Below, in pieces: positions 35,568-50,196 of a stretch of DNA of 64,000 nt (its first letter is position 1; every line of letters begins with the position of its first letter). Under the pieces are notes generated by a model, which searched no databases, was not told the DNA's origin, and saw only the letters and a program-made list of their open reading frames with translations. Origin of the DNA: the human T2T-CHM13v2.0 reference genome, Homo sapiens. The translations under genes and the position numbers were made by a program. The stretch lies in the NCBI RefSeq assembly GCF_009914755.1, contig NC_060934.1, one strand, 5' to 3'.

Positions 35568-36118
35568 AGACCTCTGCCAAATACCCCTTTTGTAAGGAAA
35601 GTGGGAGGACATCATAGACTGTGTAACCCAGTCCTGATTCATTCTCTGAGGCTGGCAGAGGTTATACTCTCTGGGGTCCTGGCGTCTCTACTAGTCACAG
35701 AACAGACTGGGGTCCTTAGGCTGGGAAGGAAGGCGGATGGGGCGGGGCTTATGGTAATAAATTGTGTCTGCCACACTATAATTTGTCTTCACCCGTTGTC
35801 ATAATTATGTTTTCTTTTTTTTAATCCTGATTTATTTTTAGCTAAAAATGACATCTTTGTCTATAAAAAGAACTAGATGATGAATATCCTTTTCCTGGGG
35901 TCCTAAACTGTAGCGATTTGGTGGTTCATACCTTAGTTGTTTTTATTGTGCCTGTGTTCTAATTCACACATTTATTTATAACTTAACTGAGTGGAGGATC
36001 AAATATTGAACTCATAGTTCTTTTAATGTTGACTTTGAAATACACGCTATAGCTAATAAATGTTGATAACATGTTTTTGTCACTTTAAACCTGTTTTTAT
36101 CATATTTTTATTTTGCAG

Positions 36119-36163
36119 TAAATTCTATCAAATTTCATCCCTCAGAGCAGTTGGCTCTCACTG
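36119..36163 (+). CDS. WDR37: WDR37 exon 8 (VNSIKFHPSEQLALT)
   Basis: ttttgcag|TA ... ACTG|gtatgt; 45 nt, phase 1 to 1. Confidence 0.95.
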
Positions 36164-37382
36164 GTATGTTGATTTTTTTCTTTATTGAACAAAATGATAG
36201 ATGGTCTTAAAACAACTATAAATATTCCTTTCTTATCGTAGCAGAATAATCCATGGCTTTTATGAAAGTTAATCTTTAGTAGACATTTTATGAATTAAAT
36301 GAGAAATGGATAAAGGAAAATACATTGAGCAGTACTTTCTAGAGACAGTAGTGGATAAGCAGTTGGATTTATTGTGAGATGAAGATGGCTTCACGGTCTT
36401 CTCGAAGCCTTTCCGTACAGCATCAGTATGTTTGCTGTTCCCCCCGCAGTTCCTGTAGACGGAGCTCCTTGAGGCCCTGTGGTTACCATTCTGTTCCCTT
36501 AGATTGTAGGCATCTGATATGGAGGAAAAGAGAAAAGTAGCACAGAGACACGGCAAGTTGCCAATGTCAGCATTTTTACTTCTTTCTGGGTAATTTATCT
36601 AACCCGTGGTAGCTTGGATTTGCTATAATTTCAGAGTAGTTTTAAAAACGTGCCTTCCTTGGTCGCTTTTTCGAGGGTAGCCTTACAGTACTGAGGACTT
36701 TTCCTGTGAGATTGTCAGACCCCCACAGATCCCCATGATAGCCCAGGGACATTGGTGATGATCTCGAAGGATGTGTGTAGGCTTTCAGTAGACCAGAGGT
36801 CCTTATGATTTTTCTGTAAAGGAGTAAGCAGTGAATATTTTCATCTTTGCGGGACATTCAGGCTCTGTCGCCAGTACTGAGTTCTGCTCTTGCAGCCTAA
36901 AAGCAGCGGACAGTGCACTGATGAGTGGACATGGCTGTGTCCACTTATTCACAAAAGTGGGCGGCTGTCTGGGTTTCGCCTATGGGCCAAATTGTGCTGA
37001 CGCAGGAATAGAACACTGAGGTTGAGATGACTGGCCCCTTCATGCAGGTGGAGTTGTTTAAGAAGGAGCCCCAGCAACAGGTACTTCCAGTGTGTGGGAT
37101 GCAGCGAGTCATGCGGTTTGGTTGGAGTTTCTATGTGAGAGAGAAATGTGGTGGGAGGGTTAGCCTGAGAGTCATTTTGAGCAGGCCCAGACCACATAGC
37201 TGACTTTCACCTTCATACGTGGATGAAGACTAAAGCAGACAAGGAGTTTACACCTTACGAAGTTGGCGGTTTGTGGGATGATTGAAAAGGGAGCAAGGAG
37301 ACTGGTGGCAATTAGACGTGTCCAGATTCAAACCAAAGGGCTGGAAAAGAGGGTGGAACCAGACACATCCAGGAACTGATGA

Positions 37383-38110
37383 AGACTTGGAAACATGAGG
37401 TAATGGACATAGAGAGGGGAGAGTTAGACTAGGAAACATGAGGTAATGGGGATAGAGAGGAGAGTTAGACTTGGAAACGTGAGGTAATGGACATAGAGAG
37501 GGGAGAGTTAGATTAGGAAATGTGAGATAATGGGGATAGAGAGGAGAGTTACACTGGGAAACATGAGGTAATGAACATGGAGAGAGGAGAGTTAGACTTG
37601 GAAACAGGAGGTAATGGGCATAGAGAAGGGAGAGTTAGACTGAGAAACGTGAGGTGATGGGGATAGCGAGGAGGGTTAGACTGGGAAACATGAGGTAATG
37701 GGTATAGAGAGGAGAGTTAGACTGGGAAACGTGAGGTAATGGGCATGGAGAGAGGAGGGTTAGACTTGGAAACGTGAGGTAATGGGCATGGAGAGAGGAG
37801 GGTTAGACTGGGAAAGATGAGGTAATGAGCATGGAGAGGGGAGAGTTAGACTGGGAAATGTGAGGTGACGAGCATGGAGAGAGGAGAGTTAGACTTGGAA
37901 ACGTGAGGTAATGGGCATGGAGAGGGGAGAGTTAGACTTGGAAACTGGAGGTAATGGGCATAGAGAGGAGAGAGTTAGACTGGGAATGTGAGGTAATGGG
38001 GATAGAGAGGAGAGTTAGACTGGGAAACGTGAGGTAACAGGCATGGAGAGAGGAGAGTTAGAGGGGAAACGTGAGGTAACGGGCATGGAGAGAGGAGAGT
38101 TAGACTGGGA
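37383..38110. repeat. ~40-bp purine-rich VNTR, ~18 copies
   Basis: GAGTTAGACTKGGAAACRTGAGGTAATGGGCATRGAGAGRG units. Confidence 0.95.
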
Positions 38111-38778
38111 TTGGGCATGATGTTGATTTGAGGAGGAGTTGCAAGTCCGGGCAGTACATTCATTTGCATCAAATGTGCTGCATCAGCTCAGAGCAGCTCC
38201 TTTAGAGAAGCTGGGTGGCAGTGAAGAGAAGGTGGAAGCCAGCCTGCCCGTGTGTGGGTGAGAGGTGGCCATGCTGGTGTCCGAGGCCTGTTCTGTGCCC
38301 CGCAGTGCTGTCCTTTTGTCTTTCCAATCCTCAGTCAAAGCGTTTCCTCGCAAACTGGCTGCTGAAAACAGAGTGGGACGGGAGCCGCACACATGAGCAG
38401 TGCTGATAGGTGCCTGGCCCATTGAAAGGCCGCGTGTGTGTTGAATGGATGGAGATGAGTGTCGCTTTCCCGAACATCTCAGAGTTGATTGCAGCTGTAA
38501 GTTCTGATATGATAGGGTTTCTTAGGTTAGATAGATGGAGAGGAAAATCTACTATTTGTACATTTTCTCTGAACTTCCAGGACTTTCTATGCTAAAATGA
38601 AAGGTGAAATAGTTTTATAAGTAATCATTATTTCCTCAATTTTGGACATGTACTCTATTTTCAATAGCATTATGCAGTCTCAGAAAAGAGTTATTTAAGT
38701 AAAAAGTACATTCCTCTCACTAAGTGGTCACTAAGCTGGAAAGGTCTGACTGCTGCTGCTTAGCCATAGTGGCGGTGA

Positions 38779-38979
<201 letters not shown>

Positions 38980-39274
38980 TGATATCTGTCATGGACGGAA
39001 TGTTTGTGTCCCCCCAAGTTCAGTGTTGAAGGCCTCACCCCCGGTATGGTTGAATTTGGAGATTGGGCCTCTAAGGTAGTAGTTAAGGTTCAGTGAGGTT
39101 GCGTGAGGTCCTCATAAGAGGAGACAGTGGAGAGCTCACCTGTGTTCTCAATCTCTCTGTCACTCTCCGTGTCACGTAAGAGCAGAGCCAGAGGGCGGCC
39201 GTCTTTAAGGATGAGCCCGCACCAGAACCTGAATTGGCTTGATCTTGGACTTCCAGCCTCCAGCACTGTGAGAA

Positions 39275-39280
39275 AATAAA
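39275..39280 (+). terminator. AATAAA poly(A) signal of the sense LTR in intron 9
   Basis: GTGAGAAAATAAATGTCTGTTTTTT at the usual MaLR LTR position, followed by U/GU-rich sequence. Confidence 0.55.
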
Positions 39281-40887
39281 TGTCTGTTTTTTATGCGTCG
39301 CCCGGTCTGCGGCCTTTTGTTACGGCAGCCAGAGCCAACTGAGACAGATTTCAGTACCGCGCGCAGAGCGGGGGCTGCTGGAGAAATGCCGACGGTGTGG
39401 ACCTGGCTTCGGGACCGGGAATGGGTACATGCTGCAGACGTTTTCAGGGACCTGCTGGAGAAAGCCTCCATAGCGGTGAAGAGCTTGTTGGTAGAAATAC
39501 GGACATCAATGGGGACTCGGGTGAAGGCTCAGAGAGGAAAGGGGAGAGCTGGAGAGAAAGCTTCTAGCATCTCAGAGAATGCAGGTATCATAGACAGAAT
39601 GTTGTGGAAAAGTGGATGTTGAAGGCCTTTCTGCTGAGGCTTAGAGGAGGCGAGGGACAGGTCACGGGGAACCGGAAGAAAGTGATCCTCATTACAAAAT
39701 GGCTGAGGACTTGGCTGAGCTGAGATCCTGTGAATGAAATGTTAAAGGTGCAGCCTGGCTGCTCTCCTCGCTTACAATAAAGTGTGAAAGGACGGAGATA
39801 CTCCGAAAGAGTTGTTAAGGGAAAGGGGACGAGAACTTGTAAGATTTGGGAAATTCCCAGCCTGTGTCTGTGACAAAAAAAAGAGAAAGCTGGTTCCGAA
39901 GAGCACATGCAGGGTTTGTCTGAACAGCCAGTTGACAGGGAGGCGAGTGTGGGTGGGAGCCACAGCTTTAAGCACCCACCGCAGCAGGATCCAGGACTGG
40001 AGATGGGATTATACCCAGAGACCCCGCCAGCTTGAACCAGAGGGGACATGGTGGGGACAGAATGAAGGAAGGCATCAGACTGCTGGGATTCCACAGCACA
40101 GAAACCAGAGCTGCCTGGGCGAGAACCTTTACCACCCTTCAAGATGAGGGAAGAATGCCCCGAAGGTGATTCTGAGGTTGGCAGGGCTGCAGCTCTCACT
40201 GCAGTCCCAGGACAAGAGCCTGTTTCTTCCTTGGTTTCGAAGTGTGGGAGCCTCCTTGGTTTCAGGGCCAGGTTGCCCATGGTCCAGTGCTGTGGGGGTG
40301 GGGTTGCCAGGCTGAGCCAAGGGGGTGACACCTCTGCCCCAGCATGCCTGGAGGGTGGCGCATCCAGACCAAGAGGGACTCTCTGGAGCCTGAAGAGCTC
40401 GTGGAGTTTGCCTTGTGGGGTTTTGGACTTGCTTGGGCCCCACCACCCTTTCCCTGTTGCCTCTTTCTCTCTTTTGGAAAGGGAGCGTCTGTCCAGTGCC
40501 TGCCCTACTGTTGTATTTTGGGAACATGTAACTTGTTTGGGTTCCGTGGTTTACGGCTGGAGGGGAGCTCAGCTTCAGGGTGGGCGAATCGCACTCTGAG
40601 TCCCACCCAGTCCTGATTCAGGTGATGTTTTGTTGAGACTTGGGACTTCACACCTTAGCGCTGATGCTGGAATAAGACTTCTGGGGCTGTTGGGATGGGA
40701 TGACTGTATTTGCCATGCAAGAAGGATATGAATTTGGGGGAGGCCAGGGACAGGATGTTCTCAACTGAATGTCTCCGTCCCCCAGAAATCTGTGTTGAAG
40801 CCCTAACCCCCAGTGTGGCTGTATTTGGAGATGGGGCCTCTGAGAAAGTGGTTAAAGCAAAATGAGGTAGTGGAGGGGATGCCCTGA

Positions 40888-41290
<403 letters not shown>

Positions 41291-42340
41291 CTCTCTGTGC
41301 TAATATTAATAGAAGAGCCCCTGTGGGCACGCGGCAGGATGGCGGTGCCACACACCGGAAGAGGGGACTCACCAGAAGCTGCACTGGTTGACACGTTGGT
41401 CATGGACTTAGAGTCTCCAGAACTGGAAGATGACTAATTTCTGTTTTTGAAGCCTTTTGGCCTGTAGTCTTGTGTTTTGGCAGCCTGCGTTGAATGAGAC
41501 AGTGCCTAGAAAGATGCTCCTTCACCTCTGTATGCATGCATCTGCTCCATCCTTCCTTTCAACAGACAGTAAACATTTACCGTCCACTCTCTTACAGTTG
41601 ATGTTTGGATCCTGTTTCTCACTGTTTCATCTGTTTAATATTAGACATCTGGTGTATCTTTCATGGACGTTTATCATCACATCAACTAATGGCCTTTATG
41701 ACATCAATTTTATGTGGTTCACATTTAAACGTAGGTAACAAAAGATGTGTATTGAGAAGAATGAATTCATGTATTTATACCATAAATTCATAAAATTCTT
41801 CACTTACTGTTTGCCTTGTGCTCTCTGCAGTAGCCCAGTGCCCTATGTTTATGATCACAAAGAGGCCTGAATGTTTCTCTGAGAGCAGTTATCTCCCTAG
41901 TTTCAATGACAGGATAAATGTTAGTGGCGTGATCTTCCCACGTGCTCAGCCCCCCCAGTTCGGTGCCTGAACAGGTGGGAACAGTGCCAGGCAGACAGTG
42001 TAAATGACGTACACGTCTAGAAGTTTCAGTTTGTATTGGGCTGTGATTGTTGCAAGGATGAAAGTAATCTAGTTTTGATATTTTCATCTTGGAATATTCC
42101 TTGAGTTTTCTGCTTTGTGAACATTCTAAACACTGTTCTATGTGGAGATAGTTAAGCAGTTAATAAATTCCAGTGATAAATGAGTTTTCTTTAGTCCTAA
42201 TAGAGGTTATCATAGTTCATTTTTAACTGCATGTATTGTGTATTAACACAGTTTTGTTCTCTTTGTGGAATTGCCAGACTATTCATTATGTAGCGCATAA
42301 CACTGTCCACTAACACGCACATTTAGTGATGAAACAAGTG

Positions 42341-42680
42341 AAATGTGTGCTGATGGTGGGCGTGGTGGAGAGGTGAGGAGGGTGAGCATTGATGCTTAGG
42401 AAATTCAGCATGTGCACTGATGGTGTGGCGGAGACGTGAGGAGGGTGAGCATTGATGCTTAGGAAATTCAAAATGTGCACTAATGGCGGGCATGGTGGAG
42501 AGGTGAGGAGGGTGAGCATTGATGCTCAGGAAATTCAAAATGTGCGCTGATGGCGGGCGTGGTGGAGTGGTGGAGAGGTGAGGAGGGTGAGCACTGATGC
42601 TCAGGAAATTCAAAATGTGCACTGATGGTGGGCGTGGTGGAGAGGTGAGGAGGGTGAGCATTGATGCTCAGGAAATTCAA
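42341..42680. repeat. 63-75-bp minisatellite x5
   Basis: TGATGGYGGGCGTGGTGGAGAGGTGAGGAGGGTGAGCATTGATGCTYAGGAAATTCAAAATGTGCAC units. Confidence 0.92.
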
Positions 42681-43844
42681 AGGAGTTAATGTATGGATTG
42701 TTTTCCAAATAAAATAAGAAAAACACTAATTTTGTCAGAGGGAAGATTCATGTCCAGTACTTACATTAAAAACACCTAATAGTTTACTTAGAATGTTCAC
42801 TTAATTTTATTTTCTTCTTTACTACTTTGCTTGTGTTGGGTGAGTGCACTTCTCATATTGATAGCTGCCACCTCAAGATTTGGGGCTGGTGTTGGGGGTT
42901 CTGAGTTAAAGATGAACCTCTGTGATGTGCTGTGACTTGAGCTGTCCTGAGAGCACTGCACACACAGTTGTGTTGGGCCCTCCCTAATGAGGAGGAGGCA
43001 GTGCAGCCTGTGGACGGCCAGGTCCCTGCAGAAATGGCGTGGGAGGCTCCTTCCAGCACTACTGGATGAAATGAGGCTCCTTAGGTGGAAAGCAGTTTTG
43101 TTTTCTGAAGCTTTTGCCGGCCAGTGTTGACTCTGATTTGCTTAGCAGTTCTAATTTTCAATTTTAACACAAACTCTAATCTGTTAAAATCTGTGTTCAT
43201 CTTGAATCATTATAGCTTTTGGGCAAACGTCTTGTGTTTTAAAATTTGCATCTGTGAGTTTTGCTTGACATCCACAGTGTTGATAAGGAAGCGTTTGGGT
43301 GGCGTAGTGGAAACAGACTTAGACCAACAGAATGACTGTCACATGTGAGTTAGGTTACACTGAGTTACTCGTTTAACTTCCTCAGCCTTCTTTTTCTTCT
43401 TTGAGGGGTTCACCCCGTGGCTGCTCCTGGCTCTTTGCTGTGCTCCCTCCAGAGCCGTTTTCCCAGCCACGTGCAGTGCTGTCACCCATCACCCCCTGCC
43501 TTCAAGGTGACGTACCGAGTACCCCCCTGCTGCAGCCTGTCTGGGGGCCTCTGCCAGCCTTGTGAGCCTCGGGCCCCCCGTCCCGACTGAGCTGCACGTG
43601 CCACCCTGAACTTGCTGTCTCTGGGTGTTCCTTTCCTTGTGCCACCCGTCTCAGGAAACGTCCCTGTCACCCAGTGCTTTAGACCAAACACCTTTCCACC
43701 GTCTGAACGCCTGTATTGTTCTCTTACTGCCTGTGGAAATCACCCTGTCAGCCACTCCTGCAGCAGAGGGCGCTTCAGTTCTTTCTTCCCACCCTGCTCC
43801 AGGCCGCCCTCCCTGCACTTCTCTCATCTCCTGTCCGTCTCCCC

Positions 43845-44220
43845 CGTTGTTTTCTGGGGCTGCCGTAACAAAGTGCCACAGGCAGGGTGACTTCTGAACA
43901 ACAGATCCGTGTTCTAAACAACAGATCCGTGTTCCCACAGTCCTGGAGGCTGGAAGCCCGAGATGAGGGTGTGAGCAGGGCTGGTTCCTCCTGAGGCGTC
44001 TTTCCATGGCTCATAGATGGCGTCTTCTCCTGGATCCTTCATCCCTCTGGGAGTGTCTGTGTCCTCATCTCTTCTTACAAGGATGTCAGTCCTATTGGAA
44101 TAGGATCCACTCTCCTGGTCTCATTTTACCTTAATTATCTCTTTAAAGCCCCTTTCTCCAAACAGCCCCATTCTGAGGTCCTGGGGTGAGGACTTCGACA
44201 CAGGAATTTGGGTCCACAGT
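43845..44220 (-). mobile_element. MLT1-family MaLR LTR
   Basis: GGCTGCCGTAACAAAGTGCCACAG...CCTGGAGGCTGGAAGCCCGAGATGAGGGTG. Confidence 0.75.
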
Positions 44221-44606
44221 TCTGCCCATAGCAGCCCCTTCCACTGTTCCCTCCGCAGTTTGTTCACACAGCACACACCGGGCATCACATCCTGCCGACA
44301 GCCGTCTGGTGATTTTGCATCACACGGAATAAAACCTGGTGTCCTTTCCAGTCTCCCGGGATTACAGGAGCTGTTCCCGACTTTGCCTCCCGTAGCTGTT
44401 CCGCACATGGCGGGAATGTTGTTCCTCAGCCCGGGCGAGCCTTACTTAACCTTTCCTTTCCTCACATCCGACTCACGTGCGACCTCATCAGAGAGTCCCT
44501 CCTCAGTAATTCTGTGTGAAATAGCGCCCCCATCCAGCTGCCCCTTGTCCTGTTTTATTTTACTTCATAGAAGTTACTACCACCTTACTCTGTGTCTCCA
44601 TGTTGA

Positions 44607-45040
44607 TTTGTGTTCCCGTGCTGCTCTGCATCCATGTGATATGTGTTCCCGTGCTGCCCTGGGTCCCTGTGACGTGCTTTCCCTTGCTGCTGTGCGTCCC
44701 TGTGACGTGCGTTCCCTTGCTGCTGTGCGTCCATGTGACATGTTTCCGTGCTGCCGTGCGTCCCTGTGACGTGTGTTCCCGTGCTGCTGTGCGTCCCTGT
44801 GACGTGGGAACCCTTGCTGTTGTGCGTCCCTGTGACGTGTTCTCGTGCGGCTGTGTGTCCATGTGACGTGTTGCCGTGCTGCTGTGCGTCCCTGCGACGT
44901 GCGATCCCGTGCCGCTGTGCGTCCCTGTGACGTGCGTTCCCGTGCCGCTGTGCGTCCCTGTGACGTGCGTTCCCGTGCCGCTGTGCGTCCCTGTGACGTG
45001 CGTTCCCGTGCTGCTGTGCGTCCCTGTGACGTGCATTCCC
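44607..45040. repeat. 33-bp CpG-rich VNTR, ~13 copies
   Basis: Consensus CCCTGTGACGTGCGTTCCCGTGCYGCTGTGCGT; spacing 31-33 nt. Confidence 0.95.
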
Positions 45041-45069
45041 TAGTAATGTATATGTGCTCATGACGTGCC

Positions 45070-45471
45070 TGTGTTAGGCCATTCTTGCATTGCTATAAAA
45101 AATACTTGAGACAGGGTAATTTATAAAGAAAAGAGGTTTAATTGGCTGATTCTGCAGGCTGTACAGGAAGCGTGGCACCAGCATCTGCTTGGCTTCTGGG
45201 GAGGCTTCAGGGAGCTTGGAGCTTTCACTCACAGCAGAAGGCGAAGCGGGAGAAGGCGTCATGTGATGGAAACAGGAGTAAGGCGGGGGCGGGGGGTGCC
45301 CCACATCCAAGCAGCCAGATCTCTTGAGAGCTCACCCACTATTGTGAGGTCAGCATCAGGCTATGAGGAATCCTCCCCCATGAGCCAGACACCCCCACCA
45401 GGCCCGGCCTCCAACACAGGGGATTCCAGTTCAGCATGAGATTTGGGCTGGGACAAATTTCCAAATTATCA
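45070..45471 (-). mobile_element. MSTA-like MaLR solo LTR
   Basis: TGTGTTAGGCCATTCTTGCATTGCTATAAA...GAAAAGAGGTTTAATTGGCT...TGAGATTTGGG...ATCA. Confidence 0.85.
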
Positions 45472-46190
45472 GTTCCAGTACTAGTACTTGTGTATATATG
45501 ACATACCTCTCCATACTAACGGGTGTGTGTGTGTGTGGTCTCTCTCTTTTGCTAGAACAGAAGTTCTCTGAGGGCAGGGGCTTTACCAGGGGTCTTCACT
45601 CCAGAGTTCCTACCTGCTAGATTGAGCGTAGTTTTGCATGTGTGCATGTCAGAAGCCGTCTGTCCTCTTCTGCATTGTGTAAGCAGCACCTGGGCTGGGG
45701 GTGGGGACTGGCACTCTGTCACCCCCTGATAAATATTTGTTGGATGAATATACAGATTTTCTTACAGAGCTGGCTGTAATGTGTTTGTTTTAGCCTTGGC
45801 CTTTGACAGGGGGCTTGATGTTACAAAGGAAAATAGACTCTTATGACTATAGCAATAGAATTCCAAGTATATTTTAAATAGGCTCTTGAGAATGAAAATG
45901 CCTTTTTGTAATGTGATAAATTACTGACTTTCATTTGTATTTGGTTAGTTTTATATTGCATTTCTACTAGTAACTGATGAAAGCTTAAATGTTGAAAATC
46001 ATTTTATTTGCCATTCTGTTGATGCGTGGAAATAAATGGTAGTTCGGTTGACAATGTTGTGGATTCCACTTTTTTTTCTGTACGAGATGGTCGTAGAGTT
46101 GATGGGTGTTCACGGGCAGCAGTTATGGGTCAGAGGAGGACATACTCATAACTGTGGCCAGCACCAGGCTCCTAGTGGTGACCATCATGA

Positions 46191-46550
<360 letters not shown>

Positions 46551-46775
46551 TGAGTCCGCCGCCTCCTGGCTGTGCATGTTAGTTTATGTCCATGGGTTAT
46601 GTCTGACCTTGCCACTTACTTCTTGACCAGAATGAGTCTCTGTGTTCTTGGCTCTTCTGTGGTAATTTTTGGAGATTCTTTCTATTAATAATAGAACTAT
46701 TGGTAGCTAAATTTATTTTGTCTTCAGGGGTTTTAAATTGTAGCATGTAGTATCTAGATATTGGACATATGGTAG

Positions 46776-47410
46776 TTGTATTAGTTTTCCATTGCTCTGT
46801 AACAAATTTCCACAATCTTAGTGTCTTAAAACGACAGGAATTGACGGCCTCATGGTTTCCCAGGTCAGTAATTCTGGGCCCGTGGTAGCCGCTCTTCTCC
46901 CTGGGCCCTCAAAGACCTAAGTGAGGGTGCTGCCTGGTCAGGACCTCCCCAAGGCTGCGGTCCTCTTCCAAGCCTGCTGGTCATTGGAGGAGCTCCTTCT
47001 TGCGTCTGGAGTTTGAGGCCCTGTCTTCTTGCCAGCTGCCAGCCGGGGCTCCTCTGGGCGTGCAGAGGCTGTGTCTGGCCCTGGGGCCCCTGCACAGGGC
47101 TTGCCTTTCCCACACAGCAGCCCCTTTCCTCTGCAGCTGGAGCTCCCCTGCTGCTCTGAACTCTCCAACTTCTGGGACCCTTTTTAAGGGCTAGGCCAGA
47201 CCACCCAGGACAATATTCCCTTTGATGAAGTCAAAGTCAACTCATTTAGGGACCTTAATTACATCTGCAAAATCCTTTTTGCCTTATAATGTATCATAAT
47301 TACCAGAAAGATAATCTCATCCTATTTACAGGCTCTGCCCTAACTGAAGGGAAGGGTGTTAGGCATGTACGGGGTGGGGGTGGCTTGGGGCCATCTTGGG
47401 ATGCTGCCTG
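46776..47410 (-). mobile_element. Old MLT1 (F/E-like) LTR
   Basis: TGTATTAGTTTTCCATTGCT..GTAACAAAT...CTTAATTACATCTGCAAAATCC motifs. Confidence 0.7.
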
Positions 47411-47825
47411 CTGAAGTTGCTTCTGCGAATCTATCTCTAAGTGCATTTCCTGCATGAGCGTTAAAGATTGTATTTGACTGAGGACCCATAGCGTTGTATC
47501 ATTAGAAGGTATTCTAAGCAAAGAATCAAGATTTAAGTGGTTCTCACATTCAACCTGTTAATTTGCCTGACCTTCTAACTGGTAGGGTCAGAAAATGGGT
47601 TATGCACCTGTTTGGTTTTCTGTTCCTTTGACATGGACGGCTGAAAGGACTTCAGCTTCTGAGGGAAAACCTGCCCCACTGTGACCCACATGCTGCTGAG
47701 TGATTCCATTAGGTCAGGTTCACAGTCTCAGAGAGACGGCTTCTTGGGTTCTTGTGCTGTTGAAAAGCGTCTCTCTCAGCGTGCTCCTCAGGTGATGACC
47801 TTGTGTTTTGCCATCTTGGTTACAG

Positions 47826-47967
47826 GGCACGACCAGGAGTTGACGCACTGCTGCACACACCCCACCCAGCGGCTCGTGGTGACCTCCTCCCGTGACACGA
47901 CTTTCCGCCTCTGGGATTTCAGGGACCCCTCCATCCACTCGGTGAATGTTTTCCAGGGACACACGGA
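47826..47967 (+). CDS. WDR37: WDR37 exon 11 (GHDQELTHCCTHPTQRLVVTSSRDTTFRLWDFRDPSIHSVNVFQGHT)
   Basis: ttacag|GG ... CGGA|gtgagt; 142 nt; complete GH...WD repeat. Confidence 0.96.
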
Positions 47968-48489
47968 GTGAGTTGCGGTAGTTTAGACATCTGTCCTTAG
48001 TCATGAAAAAGTTCTGTGGGTTGACATGAAAACTTAATTCTAGCCTTAATTTTCAGTATTTCCGACTCTACTATCTTTCAAAAAAATAACTACCTTTCAA
48101 ATTCTGCTATTCTTTTTCTAAACATTTAGCTCCATTTTGGCTATTTCAAAGGATGTAGGAGATTAAGAGAAGGCACCCTCCGAAGTTCTCTCAAGAAGTT
48201 TAATGCAGACAGAATGGGGGAGTGGGTGGAGAGGGTTAGAGAAGAGCAGGGCTGCCAGAGCCTGTAGCTGAGCACAGGGGCCGGCCACGCCACCATAGGA
48301 GCCGCGGGAGCTGTTACTCCTACCCACGGGGTGTCTCCTGGATCTTTTCCATCTAGTTTTTGTTATTACACGTGTCTGCGTGGTATATTCTGGGAGAAGG
48401 TATACACATAGACGCGCAAACACAGACATAGACCCTCAATCCAGTGTGTCCCTCTCTGCTTGGGTTTCTCTCCGGCAACTCAAGTGTAA

Positions 48490-48784
<295 letters not shown>

Positions 48785-49205
48785 GTGTAAGGTCTTAACA
48801 GAACTCTTCAGTTCTTTCCGTGACCGCCTCCTTCCCCCAGTCTGGCCCTGCTCAGTCAATGATGAGACCGTCTGCCCAGTCACGGGGGCTGTCTACCTAG
48901 AGTGTTCCCTGGTTCTTCTCTTTTAATCTCTGTTCCCCGTTCCCCCATCATGCCCCACTGTGGTCCACTGGCAAGTCTCCTGCCAGCCATGCCTGTGGGA
49001 TCTTCCCGGCCGCTCCTCGCTCCTCCATGCTCCCCCTACCTCCCACCAGTGCTGCTCTCCACCCCGACGTCTGGATAAGCAGTGTGCATTGAAAGGTTTA
49101 TAAATGAACTCCAAATATGAAAATCTGTTTTATATGTTTAACGTTAGTTACTAAGTTTTAGATTTAATGTTCAAAATGTTAGTAAGATGTTGGAAAGGAA
49201 AATAG

Positions 49206-49529
<324 letters not shown>

Positions 49530-50196
49530 TAAAAAGAAGCTTGAGATTGGAAAGCTAATTCCTTGACTCTGAGGCTGGAACGGGAGCAGGCAGCAGTCAC
49601 GACCATGCGTAGAGATCTTTAGGGCAGCCTGGGTCTGTTCTGGGGGCATCACACGCATTAAACTGCTCCGTCCTGACATCAGGTCAGCGTTTATTCTGCC
49701 AGCTCCGTCAGCGATAGCCATAGTAATACAGACCTCCCGGTGGTCAGTGGCTGAACGCAGCACTGTGTTGTTGCTGCATCAGGGTGCAGCAGGCGCTGAG
49801 CTGGGCCCCCATGAGCTCCGCCACATGGGCCTGACCCCGCTGCAGGCCAGCTCATTGGTGAGGAAGATGCTGCAGCTCGGGGAGCGCTGCTTCCCATGCA
49901 TGTTAGCTTGGATGTGGTGCTCCCCGACGTCCACCAGATGCAGAGGGGCCCCACAGCAAAGCCCTGGCTGGACCTGGGCCCGCCACCTGGCACCACTGTG
50001 TAGGGCGGGGCAGAGGGGCCGCATGACTGCCCTGCTGTTTCTCATGAGAATTCATTGGAAGGGCAGTCGGAGGCCTAGAGGACGGGAGGAGCAAGATGGT
50101 CTCACTCCTGCGCCTGCAGTGCTTTCCTAAGCTTTTTGCTTAGAAAAGTTTCAAGCCTACATAAAAACCAACAGAGTAGTACAGTGTACCCACAAA

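Noticed and set aside
39588-40599. 247-aa (-) and 151-aa (+) ORFs
   Set aside because: They lie in decayed MaLR internal sequence and show no recognisable gag/pol or other domain; likely chance ORFs in GC-rich DNA.
44560-45061. Mucin-like repetitive ORFs ([11 protein letters not shown])n and ([11 protein letters not shown])n
   Set aside because: By-product of a 33-bp VNTR that is open in several frames; the 31-bp units break the frame and there is no exon context.
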